Origin: Lama glama
Taxonomy: Eukaryota
NCBI GenBank assembly: GCA_028534125.1
Contig: CM052817.1
Location: forward strand, 40,178,001-40,242,000
Direction: 5' to 3'
DNA length: 64,000 bases
Shown: positions 49,167 to 61,687 of the stretch, piece by piece
How the letters are laid out: each line of letters starts with the position of its first letter
Position numbering within the stretch: position 1 is the first letter of the stretch
Made by a program: the position numbers and the translations under genes
The notes under the pieces: generated by a model
What the model was told of the DNA's origin: nothing
What the model saw: only the letters and a program-made list of their open reading frames with translations
Databases searched by the model: none

Positions 49167-49245
49167 ATGAAGTTAAAGGAAGTAGATCGTACAGCCATGC
49201 AGGCATGGAGCCCTGCCCAGAATCATCCCATTTACCTAGCTACAG
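49167..49245 (+). CDS. SEC31A: SEC31A (COPII outer coat) exon 2, start codon
   Basis: Acceptor 49164-49165; [32 protein letters not shown] donor; 79 nt coding. Confidence 0.96.
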
Positions 49246-49904
49246 GTAAGTTCAACAGAGAGAAGATAGTATGAATTACCTAATTTCTTTTCTTCCACAT
49301 CTGACTTACTTATACTTGTCCTTCAAACTTCATCTCCTCTAGAAAGCCTCTCCTTCCCTGGCGAGATATGTCCAACCTTATTAGCTGAGTTCATTGACCA
49401 CCCTTTATGCTTGTACATCATAGCATTAATCATGGTATATTAATGTATAGTGCCTTCCCTACTTTATAAGAATTGTGTTTTATATTTATTCTTTCATTAT
49501 TAAGCACAATAGATAACATGTAAAAAAAAGTTAATAAATATCAATTTGAATGAATGAAGAACAGTTTTGATGCCAGCATTTTTATGTAAAAAGATTTGGT
49601 GTTATATCATTTGTGACTATAAACATGGGACTGTTCTTACAGAGAGGTTTTAAAATATCTACAGGCTTAAAAAATTACCTGCATTACCCACTCTTACAAA
49701 CATCATTTCTGAGCCTCAAGTCAGAATCTTACTGCTATAGTAATTTAAGCATCTGCTCGATGTTGTATATGCAGAGATTGCAGCCACTAATGCAGCATTC
49801 ATGAATGAGATAATTGAAAAACATGCATTTAATTTCTGTTTTACATGGTCTTCTGAGTCTTTTCTTTCTCGCATATGTAGTTAACATAAATGTATTTTTT
49901 ATAG

Positions 49905-50028
49905 GAACATCTGCTCAACAATTGGATGCAACATTTAGTACCAATGCTTCCCTTGAGATATTTGAATTAGACCTTTCTGATCCATCCTTGGATATGAAAT
50001 CTTGTGCCACTTTCTCTTCTTCTCACAG
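49905..50028 (+). CDS. SEC31A: SEC31A exon 3 (WD40)
   Basis: GTSAQQLDATFSTNASLEIFELDLSDPSLDMKSCATFSSSHR; AG/GT; 124 nt. Confidence 0.96.
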
Positions 50029-51452
50029 GTATGAGATTCTACCTTAAATTCACATGATTATTTAATTATATTTTGTGGTTGATTCCTGGCATGTCTGTAA
50101 ATGTTCCATTATTAGAAACTGCAAGGAATACCATCAATGACATGAAATATTTTGTGAAAAAAATATATGAGAGAATTTCTATGGAAGTAAAAGAAGTGTC
50201 CATATGTTCTGTTGAATTTTTTACTACTGACTGTTTTGTGTAGGTTAAGAAGGAGAGGCTCTAGTTTCTAGTATTTTTTTTTCTCATGATATAGTAGAAT
50301 TAGTTTTTTCTATCTCCTGTATCTCATCTGTTTACAAAAAAAAGGTAGGTATGACTAGAAAAAGGAGTAGTTGGATGAATATTAAGATGTTAGCAGTGAT
50401 TATTTCTGAACGGAGGTTGTTTTTATTTTTTCCCCTATATCTGTATTTAAAAATACATTTTCCTTGAATCTGTATCTAAAAATAATACTTCACAAAGAAT
50501 TTTGTTGACATGATTTCTGATACAGCAGGTATTTAGATCACCTGTCCAAGTACTTAAGCCATATTGGAATACAGGGAAGGACACTTTCATTTGAGTAGTA
50601 AAATATGCTTTTTGCCTCAATGGCATGGCAGATCTGGAGGAAGAGATTGTACCTTAGCTAAGAGAATACAGCTCAAATCATCGAGTCTCATGGGACCTCT
50701 CATGTTCTTCCAAGTCCTCCACCCACTGTAATGGGAACCCCAAATACTTTTGTCGAACAGTTTTTCTGCTCACCACCATTTGTCTCATTGTGTATCTCTG
50801 TGCCACCTCCATGCCAAACCAGAATCTTTTATTCTCTGCCAATGGGGTACTTGTCTTAATGACATAATTTTTCACTTTTCTGTCACTTTTCTACTGTCAG
50901 AATACGTTATTTTTCTTAGAAAATGTCAGATGACTCCCTTAACACCTTTACTATTTAAGAGACAACTTGTTAGTACTTCTTTTGTCAGATAAAATCAAGG
51001 GAAGTGGTTGATTAGCTCTATTTTATAAATGAATCAAAAGCAGCTTAGGAAGATTAAGTAACTGACCCGGGGTCTCAAAGGTTCTAAATGGTAAAACCAT
51101 TCTTAAGCTCATGTTTTTGTTTGTCTGTTTCATTTTCTTTCTTTTTAAATTTGGGGGGGGGAGTGTTTCATTTTTAATTAAGCTCATATTTTTTGACACA
51201 AGCAAATATGCTTTGTCATATTATATTAGCTCTACAAGTTTATACTCTTCAAGATTACAAAATAAAACATGTACATGTAAGTATAAATAAAAACTAAAAG
51301 GCCATTTCACCAAGTTATGCACAATTACCAGGAATAGAGGAGAGGCAATGTTTTTAGTGTATTTATGAAAATAATTAAGTGTATAATTTCAAATTCTTTT
51401 CTATATTTATTTGACTTCAAAAAGGAGTTATTTTATTCATTTTCTCTTAAAG

Positions 51453-51651
51453 GTACCACAAGTTGATTTGGGGGCCTCATAAGATGGATTCGAAGGGAAA
51501 TGTCTCTGGAGTCCTTATTGCAGGTGGTGAAAATGGAAATATTATTCTTTATGATCCTTCAAAAATTATAGCTGGCGAAAAGGAAGTTGTGATTGCCCAG
51601 AATGACAAACATACTGGCCCAGTAAGAGCCTTGGATGTGAACATTTTCCAG
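51453..51651 (+). CDS. SEC31A: SEC31A exon 4 (WD40)
   Basis: YHKLIWGPHKMDSKGNVSGVLIAGGENGNIILYDPSKIIAGEKEVVIAQNDKHTGPVRALDVNIFQ; 199 nt. Confidence 0.96.
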
Positions 51652-53164
51652 GTTAGACTTCTGACATTTATTCATAATTCTTGAGATATGTGTTACTTAT
51701 TTGAAATAAGTCTGTGAATCCACTCTGCCTCAGTCTTGGAATTGAAAGCTGAAACTGTGCCTGTGCAGGTTGATAAATAAGTGTATTTGAAGAATGGAGG
51801 GTTCAGATTTGGGTTCACAGTGAATTGATACTAACTCCATGGAATGGATCAGGCTGATGGGTTTAATTCTAGAAGTCTGGAGATATCATCTTATTGGACA
51901 CTTTTTATTTTTTGTTATTTTTCATTTTTTGTTTCTTTTTTTGTTATTGGACATTTTTTAAACATTAGGAACCTCAAAGGTTGGAAACCTTGCCTTTTAA
52001 AAGTTTGTGTTAGTACAGCATTAGTCGGGTACAATGGTATGTGGCTTAATCTACTGTTTTGTTAGTTGATAAATGCTGTATTTGTGACAAAGAGGTTATT
52101 ACCCTTATCAAGTAATTATAAATATACACAAATATAGTACAGATTTAATAAATAGACAGTTAAGAGGCTTTCTACTATTGTCATCATAAATATTACTGAA
52201 TATTAATTATAAAAATTATAGATAGGCTAATAAATATCTTGAGTTAATAGGATACTAGAGTATAACCAAAAATGAATATTAGCTTAAGTTTAAAATAGTT
52301 ATCTTTCTTATATTATAAATAGATACTTCGGGTCTAGAAATACGGAAACCCAAACTTCTTCGTTTCTGCAGTTTATGGTGTCTACTCTTTAGATTAGATA
52401 CCTAATTTCTCTGTTAATTGGATTAAACAGCTGCAGATTTTTGGTTAGTGTCTTCTATTATAGGTGACTGCTACCATAGAATTCCTCTATTTTCATAATT
52501 ATATGTCAGTTTTTTATGAGAGTGAGCTTTAAAGGATGAAGATCAATGTATGAACCTCATTATCTTCCTATACTTCATATCACAGTTTTAGGGTCTTTTT
52601 GACCCCACAGGTATATGACAGAGATAACCTAGAAATACTGCCACCCGGAACAAGATTGAGCATAAATGAAATAGAAATATATGAGCATTTAAGATGAGAG
52701 ATATGACTAGCTCTGTCTTGGTCCAGCTCCTGAGGCTGCCTTTGAGGTATCCTGAGATAGATGCCATTATTTTAGGATTTGGCAGTTTGTCTAAAAGCGA
52801 TAATTGGTGACCAGTTTAGTCTCTCACAATCAGACCCCCTTCCAGAGATGAAAACCACAAGTAATAATTCCTGTCTGGTTGCATTAAGAATTTACTCATG
52901 TAATTATTTTTAATGTATTAAAATATCAGTAGACATATTATCTTTTTAGTTTAGTAGAATTTTATTATACATTTCTTTAAAAACACTTTTAATTTTCGAT
53001 TTTTATGCATAGTTTTTAGGAATTCATACATTTTGCCTTTTTAATTAAATAGAAAAATTATAGGCCTTAAAATGGACAGATCTTTCCAGCTCTGAACTGA
53101 GTTATTCTGAGTTTTCTTAATTATTTCTAAGTACTGTTTAGTTATTAATTGTTTCTTACTGCAG

Positions 53165-53260
53165 ACTAATCTGGTGGCCTCTGGTGCTAATGAATCTGAA
53201 ATCTACATTTGGGATCTAAACAATTTTGCAACTCCAATGACACCAGGAGCCAAAACACAG
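53165..53260 (+). CDS. SEC31A: SEC31A exon 5 (WD40)
   Basis: [36 protein letters not shown]; 96 nt. Confidence 0.95.
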
Positions 53261-54170
53261 GTATTACATTGATTTCAATATAATCAAAAGAACCAAAATT
53301 AAGTTTTTCTACACTTATTTCAGTATTTTTCATACAAAATATAGTTATTAAAATTAGTGTTTAGATGTCATTGATTTTCCTTCAGCACAGTGAACTATTA
53401 GTAAATATGTTTCTTCAGCGTATCAAAGAACCCTTCAGCAGCAAATATTTATTTAGTACTTACCACCTGCCAGACCTTGTTTGATGTACTAGACTCACAG
53501 TAGTAAATAAAATCGATGGGTCTTTAATAGTTTTCTTAGGTATAATACTTTATATAGTATAGAACTTTATATCATACAGTATTTTAACAATATCCAACCT
53601 TAGAATAAACATCATAGACTAGAAAGAAAACTTACTTAAAAAAAAAATCTCAACCCATTTCCTGTGTATTTCTAATAAGCTGGGAAAGAGCCCTCCCACT
53701 GCCTCCTTGAGTTTCTTAATGTTGTATAGACTGCTCAATTTGAGTAGCCAATATAATGGTCCCTAACATTTTGGGAGGTAGCATAATAATAGTGTATGAA
53801 CCACCATTTACAAAGATAGTTTTCTAGGTCTAGGCTGTAATTTTTGCTCCTAGTTGTCTGTCATATTGATGAATATCTACTTGGTGGTCTGTTTTCTACC
53901 TTGGGGCAGTTGCAAAATAAAGAAACAGTGCTCGATTTGTAATAGGAGCTTAATAAATTCCTAGTGAACAAACAAGGTAAAATACTAGAATTGGCATATA
54001 CCTGAACTTTAAGCTATATATCATATATATTGAGAACTTAAGAATATAAAAGCAGATTTGTGGAATGAATAGATCAGATTTTTAGGTAATCCATTTTTAA
54101 AAAGAATTAGATTTTGTAGTTAAATTTGATTATAATCGAGAAATGGTTTTTAGTAATTTATTCCTTATAG

Positions 54171-54311
54171 CCCCCAGAAGATATTAGCTGCATTGCATGG
54201 AACAGACAAGTTCAGCATATTTTAGCATCTGCCAGTCCCAGTGGCCGGGCCACTGTGTGGGATCTTAGAAAAAATGAACCTATCATCAAAGTCAGTGATC
54301 ATAGTAACAGG
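54171..54311 (+). CDS. SEC31A: SEC31A exon 6 (WD40)
   Basis: [47 protein letters not shown]; 141 nt. Confidence 0.95.
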
Positions 54312-54599
54312 GTAAGTATATGATTGATTTGTAACATACATGTTTTATTTCTGATGTAGGTATTATATTGTTTCTCAGAATTGGCAACAAATCAAATTTC
54401 TGTGAAATCAAATCTTGTCTTTTTATAGACCAATCATGTTGGAATGAGAGGTTTTTTCCTTTGGGGAAAATAATAAAATTCCTACTAAACCATTCTGGAT
54501 ATGTTAATGAAGAGAGAGTTTGGTTAATCAAGGGGGTTATTCCATGGTATACTGGTTGTTTTGCTTTGCTAGCAGTTCCAAAGCATTAACAGCAATCTT

Positions 54600-54612
54600 T
54601 TGTGAGTAGGGG

Positions 54613-54646
<34 letters not shown>

Positions 54647-54769
54647 TGGGGGGAGGTAGTTAGGTCTGTTTGTTTGTTTGTTTGTTTATTTCATGGAGGC
54701 ACTGGGGATTGAACCCAGGACCTTGTGTATGCTAAGCATGCACCTTACCGCTGAGCTATACCCTCCCCC
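54600..54769 (-). mobile_element. tRNA-Ala-derived SINE (vic-1-like) with (GT)n and (TTTG)n in the tail
   Basis: Reverse complement reads gggggagggtatagctcagcggtaaggtgcatgcttagcatacacaaggtcctgggttcaatccccagtgcc; imperfect TSD aacagcaatcttt/aatagcaaccttt. Confidence 0.88.
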
Positions 54770-55787
54770 AATAGCAACCTTTCAATTCATCTTTAGCTTT
54801 CTCTGGAGTGTAACAATTTTCCCTGCTAGTAATTTTATGACTGTGAACCTGTAGTTTACAGGCTCGTGGCTTCATCTTTTCTGATTAGAAACTGCTAAAG
54901 TGAGCTAGTACTTTTCTCCCACTTGGCCAGTAGATGCTGTATAACACATTAAATTTTTGACTTTACAGATTCATTAATATTATGTCATCCTGTGCTGTAA
55001 AGTAATTTAGACACAGTTTAGGCCCTATTTTGTTAATTTGTTTTCATTTACATTGTTTAGTTGGACATTTAAAAAAAAGAGTTTCCCTAAATCAATACAT
55101 ACATAATTTAAAAACAACAACAACAAAGACTATTTAGAATAATATTTCTTCAGGGTATTGTTTTTCAGTGAGTCATGAATTTTAGAACAAATTTCAGTGG
55201 AATAAAGTATACCATATGCATTTCAGTCATCTTCTGGAACACTTAATAGGATCTGAGCTTCAGGCATTTCTCAATAATAATTGTAAATTATTCCATGTGA
55301 AAACTTAAATAGTAGTTGTTGCTTTAGATCTTTTTCTTGATTTTTCTGATAAAACAGAGGAAAGAGATGGATTTTTTGGTCATTAAAATCTTTTATCTTT
55401 TTATTTTCATTTTTTCTGAAAGTATTAAATTTTAAATTTATGTAAAACTTTTTTCCTAGTTACAATTTGGACAGGAAAACTCATTTTCAGTATAGAATTA
55501 TTGTGGCCCAGAATGGCTTTGTATATTCAAGAGCTGGATGAATTGAAAATATTTAAGCAAGTTACTTTAAAGACTACTGTTTAAGAGTGTTTAATAAAAT
55601 TTAATAGTTTTATTTTTTAATAAACTGAATTTTTAACAAATAAAAAATAATCAATTAAAATAAATAATTTTTTAATAAGCCTGAGCTAATGTTTTCTGCT
55701 ATTTCAACAGAAGCATATTCTTCATTTTCATTTTGGCTTTTCAAGAAGTAGTATGATTGATAAAATGTGAGCCTTAACTATCTACAG

Positions 55788-55930
55788 ATGCATTGCTCTG
55801 GGCTGGCGTGGCATCCTGATATTGCTACTCAAATGGTCCTTGCCTCTGAGGATGATAGGTTACCAGTAGTCCAGATGTGGGATCTGCGCTTTGCCTCCTC
55901 TCCACTCCGTGTCCTGGAAAACCATGCCAG
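55788..55930 (+). CDS. SEC31A: SEC31A exon 7 (WD40)
   Basis: [48 protein letters not shown]; 143 nt. Confidence 0.95.
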
Positions 55931-57429
55931 GTAACATGCTCCTGTTCCAAGGACCTTGATTTGTTTATTTTTAAAAATGTATTTACATACCACTTTGAAT
56001 TATCAGATAGTTTTTTAAAATTAGGGAATCTACTTTGTCTCTGTCTTGTAAAAGTTAGTGTAAATGGTTTGTTTTCATTTTAAGCAATAGTCATCTGATT
56101 TTCTATACCAAACAATGGTAGCCAAATCATATTACAACAACATGAAAATGTGTTAACAGATTTTCCACTACTTGTTTGAAGTAATGATTAATAGGTCAAA
56201 ATTCTAGTGTAACACAACACTTTGGGACAACTCTTGGGACAACAGTTATACAGTTTCATCTTTATTTCAGTCATACTTATGAAGAGTCTTTCCTAACATT
56301 AAATGTCAAGCAACAAATGAAAGTTTGTTTTACTTTCGAGTGTCTATCTTAATTTAAAGGGAAACATTTTTGAGAAATTAGGTGGTTCATTCTGCTTTCA
56401 GTTTTAATAAATGTGTGGATGCTCTAAAAAGATATGAGAATTTTCTTGTGTTAGTTTCAGTAGCATTAAATTTAGTTTGTAGTTGTACAGATTTCCTATC
56501 ATTGATATTCAGGTATCCAGGGAGTTTACACATATTTGTTCAATGTTTTTAAACACAAAACATATCCCTTTTAATGTTACAGTGTTTTGTAAGTACTTTG
56601 GGCTTTTTTCTTCTTTTATATTTAAGGATATAGACATTTTAAATCTTTTTTCCCCCTAAGTAGTGGAATTACATACTTTAAGAAGTCTTAAAATGTATGA
56701 TCTCTCCTTTAGCTTCTGATAAAGGAGAAGAATCTAGTCAAAGTATAATCCTATTTAGATGTTGTGCTTCAATTAACTTTTTAGTAAAGAAGGGATAATT
56801 CTGAGAAGTTTTAATATTTTTCTCATGTATGGTAAGATTTTATTTATTCATTCAACACATGCTTATTGAACATGTGCTCTGTGCCAAGTACTGTACTAGG
56901 ATTCAGTAATATATCAGACAAAAATTCCTGCCCTCAGGGAGCTTACAGTGCAGTGGGAGGACAACTAACATTTATGTAGCATGTAAAGTATGCAAGTACT
57001 TTAAATGTTAGCTTGATTAATCCTCATAACAAACCTATGGTGTAAGTCCTATTATCCCATTTTACACATTGGAAATTGAGGCTCAGCAAGGCTAAGCTTG
57101 GCCTGGGTCACAAAACTAGTCAAATGCTGACTTGCAATCCAAAACATTCTGATCCCAGTATCCATGCTCTTAATACTATATTCTACTGCCAATTTTAGAA
57201 GTGGTCATAATTTAGCAAGACAGAATACCATAGTAGGTTCCAGGAGCAAATCAACCTCTTGAGTTCTCAGTTTTCTCCCTCTAATAAATTTAAGAGTTGG
57301 ATTATGTGATTTTTAAAATCCCTTTCAGTTCTACAGTTCAGCAATTTTTTTTAATACTTAGTAAGAACTTAAGTGTTCCTTAAAATGCAATATTAAATAT
57401 GACATTGATTTCTTTAAAAAGGCATTCTT

Positions 57430-57811
57430 GACATACCTTGAAATTTTTGACATGCATGATTGGATTCTAAAGGGAGGAGACAGTACACCTTCATTATTGT
57501 TAACAACTGGGGAAAGTTGAATATGGACTCTAAATTAAAGTATTACATATAAATAATAAATATTTTCAATATGTAATTATATTGTGGTTATATAGGAGAA
57601 TGTTCTTATCTCCAGAGATAAGTGTAGGAGTGACATATCATAATATTTGCATTTAATTCTCAAATGGTCAAAATACACATGTAAAGAAAGAGAAAGACAG
57701 AGTAGGTGCAGCCAAATCAGTGAATCTAGGTGACGAGTGTAAGGGTGTACATCATACCATTCCTTAAAGTTTTTACAAAGACTTTAATGTTTTAAAAATA
57801 AAATGGGAGAG
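57430..57811 (+). mobile_element. Old LINE-1 3' UTR fragment (L1MC/ME-like) with 13-bp flanking direct repeat
   Basis: tattgtggttatataggagaatgt and gtgaatctaggtga motifs; AAAAGGCATTCTT at 57417-57429 and 57812-57824. Confidence 0.7.
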
Positions 57812-57917
57812 AAAAGGCATTCTTAAACTATTTGGGTTCTTTTCCTATACTATATTTTCTTGATTCTGAGACAACTGAGATTAAAAGAAATATCATCAAA
57901 TTAAAAACAGCTTTTAA

Positions 57918-58075
57918 GGAGGAAGATGTAGTTCAAGTGGTAGAGCACATGCTTAGCATGCACAGGGTTCTGGGTTCAATCCCCAGTACCACCTCTAAAA
58001 GTAAGTAAGCAAATAAATAAATAACCCTAATTACTCCACCAAAAAAAACTTGAAAGAAAAAAACAACCAACTTTC
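57918..58075 (+). mobile_element. tRNA-Ala-derived SINE (vic-1-like)
   Basis: gtagttcaagtggtagagcacatgcttagcatgcacagggttctgggttcaatccccagtacc plus an A-rich tail. Confidence 0.85.
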
Positions 58076-59179
58076 AGGGGAAAGAAAAACAATGCTAAAT
58101 ATATACATTGACAGTGAGATTTATCTTTATTTTGGAAATTGGAAAAAAAAAACTATGCATCTTAGGACTACTATTAATGTTTTCAGGAGAATTGAGGAAT
58201 ATTAATTTGTATGTTTTTGTTTGAAGAAATACACAAACATAATTCTAGTTTCTGGTATTTTTCTAGAATCTAGTATTTACTAGTAGTATTTCTACTATTT
58301 TCAAGTTTCTGGGATTTAAATTGTAGTTTCTAGTATTTTTCTTCGTAGTGTGGTAGCTTAACTTTCCTTCTTTCATCTCTTAAACAGCAGAGACATGAAT
58401 GTAGAAAATGCAAAATATTATCTAGTGCATTTTTCTGGATAATGGGATACAAGTTTTTTTATTTTTATAGAGATGCTAATCTGATTTTTCAGAACATCCA
58501 CCAAAAATATTACTTTCTTACATTTAAGATAAAAAAATCCAAAAGCTATTAAAACACAAAAAATTGTAAAATCAGATCTTTAGCATTTAGATCTAATATT
58601 TCTCTGTGATGAATTTAAAATATTTTCTTTTAATTAAAAAAACTTATATGCTAGATCTCCCCTGATAACAAAAGCTAGAAATATAAACAAAAAGTAGAAA
58701 ATGCAAAATAATTTAATTTCCAACCCATCCATAGGTAAAATTTTTATTGTGCATATTTTTATTTATATACACATAACCCTACTTATGGAAATATTTAATA
58801 TAATTGTATTTTTATACAAATTTATGTACATAGTTAACCTTTTTTCATTGATTGGTGAAGACTGTCTAACAATAAGAAATCAATTTTTACAACATAATTT
58901 TTAACTACACTTTTTCTCATCAAAAGATGATCTGTAATTTATTATTATGTAGTCACTGTTGTTGGGCATTTGTTTTAAATTTTTGCTGTTGCTACACACT
59001 ACATTGAATACTTTTGTAAAGATCAAAGAGCATACACATTGCTAAACAGCTTTCCAGCAAAATTATATATGAAATTATACTTCAGTTAGCAGTGTGTGTC
59101 TCCAAACCCCTGACAGAGATAATTTGGCGGTTTGATTTTCTCAAGATTAAAAATTACTTATCTCTTTGGGTTTTTATAG

Positions 59180-59279
59180 GGGGATTTTGGCAATTGCTTG
59201 GAGCATGGCAGATCCTGAATTGTTGCTGAGCTGTGGGAAAGATGCTAAGATTCTCTGCTCCAACCCAAACACAGGAGAG
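59180..59279 (+). CDS. SEC31A: SEC31A exon 8 (WD40)
   Basis: GILAIAWSMADPELLLSCGKDAKILCSNPNTGE; 100 nt. Confidence 0.95.
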
Positions 59280-61177
59280 GTATGGGGAGGAAATGTTTCT
59301 CAGACTTACAGCTCTCATAGTATTTTATCTCTAGCTGAATAAGAAAATTTCCGTATGGATTCTTTACTGCATGTTTACAATTAAGGACATGTGAGAGTAG
59401 ATGGCCATGTGTGTAAAATGTGTAAAATGTTAATCTAGCAGAGACTTTGTCATGAACATTGTCTAAACTCAACTGTTTCATCTGGGAATATCAGTCATTG
59501 AAAATAGTGTATTTGAACCTAGTAATCACTCCCCAATAAAAGGTGTTAACCTAAACTTGGAAATGATTCATTTAATGTGATTTCTGGAAACCAGTGTCTT
59601 CAGAGTAGAAGTGTTCAAGGCTTGGGTCTTTTTCTGGCTTTGCCTTTTTAGGTCCTCTTTGATTTTTGGAAATCAATGGATGCAGGTTTTTACTCTCTCT
59701 TCTGAACTGTACAGCAAGAATACTTTATAATAAAATATTTGTCATATGTTCTACCCATGGAAATTTAGATGAGGGAATTTTACTTTATTAAATATAAATG
59801 TTATATAAATGTCATTTTATTTGCTTTGGGTTGTGGGCTAAAAATCTCTTTTAACTATCATTTTTATTCTTCTTAATAATTTCCATCTTTTTCACTATTG
59901 GGCAAGAGAACATACATTTTAATTACAGCTTTTAAACTTTTATTGCAGATGCTTTTCTAGTTACCCTGATGGTATGCTGGTAAAAATAAGAGTATCTTCA
60001 ATCACTTTTAATCTATAATATTAAAATTAAAACAAGCACTTTTGTTATTTGATGTGTGGTTTTAAAGTTTTCAGGTGCAATGATGTCTGTAAGAATATAG
60101 AAAAGTTAATGTTAGGGGAGATGAGAAAAAAACAGTAAGTTTTGCCTCAGATGATTTGTAGGCCAAATAATAAAAATCTTGCATTTTACACTGTGCCTTC
60201 TCAAGTGAATTCAAAATTCGTGGAAATTAGAGTTCTAATTTTTTTAGTTATGTAATTTGATAAAATGATTTTTTGCATATGCTTAGTTGTGTTTGCTTGG
60301 ACTTTGAAGGAATAAACTTTTAGTGCATGCTGCAACTAAGAAAATGTAATAGATTTTTTATTTAAATGCAAATTAGAAATAGTCAACTAATTCAAATATC
60401 AAGAATCTAATAGTCTTACCAATCAACTTAAGTGTTGAAGACTACCAGGATAAATGCCTTTTCACTTAATTTTATTTTCTTATAAAATAAAAAAATTATT
60501 TTAAATGTCACATGAAGCCAAAGTTAAGCTAATTTGACTTATTTCTTAAAGCTATAAAACCTGTACTCCTATGGGCATCAGTTACCATCACACTAACTTT
60601 GAGTTAGCAACAATTATTACATTGTAAGGGTTTTGTTTATATCAGCCATTTTTAATACTTTTTCCATATTCTTCTTCTAAGGAAAAGTTACACAGTAATA
60701 AGAATGATGTAAACATGTTTTCTCACTTGACTGGAAGCCAAATTTCTCAGTGAATTCTTGCTTCTCAAAGTTTTCTAGATTTTTTGGGGGGTTTTTTTTT
60801 TTAATTTGATCTTCAAATAAGCTAAATGTGGTTCTTTGAATCTTGGCAGGCAAAATCAGTTAGATGAGACCCTATTGGTCTTTGACTTAACAAGTTGACC
60901 CTAAGAGATTATTCTAGTCTTTCAGATGCCACCTCTACTACCATTCCAATAAAAACAGAAAAACTGCAGTTTTAAAGATGTGCTTATTCCAAATGTGGGC
61001 AAAATTTTGAGCAGCATTCCTTTTTATCATGATGGCATTCTCTTGTACTTCAAAGAAATTTTTATAGTTGTTTCTCCTGGCTAGATACTTTCTAAAAGTA
61101 CATGTTTAATTAAGTTGTACTTGTTGATCAAACTAATTAAAGTGAGTATACTTTTTTCTGCCTTTTTTTGGGGACAG

Positions 61178-61339
61178 GTGTTATATGAACTTCCCACCAA
61201 CACACAGTGGTGCTTTGATATCCAGTGGTGTCCCAGAAATCCTGCTGTCTTATCGGCTGCTTCCTTTGACGGCCGTATCAGCGTTTATTCTATCATGGGA
61301 GGGAGCACAGATGGTTTAAGGCAGAAACAAGTTGACAAG
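61178..61339 (+). CDS. SEC31A: SEC31A exon 9 (WD40)
   Basis: VLYELPTNTQWCFDIQWCPRNPAVLSAASFDGRISVYSIMGGSTDGLRQKQVDK; 162 nt. Confidence 0.96.
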
Positions 61340-61534
61340 GTAATAGGAAGTGTTAAAGTTTCTTATTATAATGCTTGAAAAAAATCATCTTAACTGTAAT
61401 TATTTTGAAAGTGACTTTCCTGATCAACAATACCGATTAATTGGATAATTATAACAAAAAATTTCTTGGCAATCACTTGAAAACATGTAATACAGTCTTG
61501 TATAATTTACAAAATCTCCCCTTTTTTTTTTTAG

Positions 61535-61687
61535 CTTTCGTCATCTTTTGGGAATCTTGATCCCTTTGGCACAGGACAGCCCCTTCCCCCGCTACAAATT
61601 CCTCAGCAGACTGCTCAGCATAGTATAGTACTGCCTCTGAAGAAGCCACCCAAGTGGATCCGAAGGCCTGTTGGTGCTTCCTTTTCA
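61535..61687 (+). CDS. SEC31A: SEC31A exon 10
   Basis: [51 protein letters not shown]; 153 nt. Confidence 0.95.

Noticed and set aside
58245..58350. Repeated TTCTAGTATTT-like units resembling an array
   Set aside because: Degenerate low-complexity tandem repeat with no spacer structure; not CRISPR-like.
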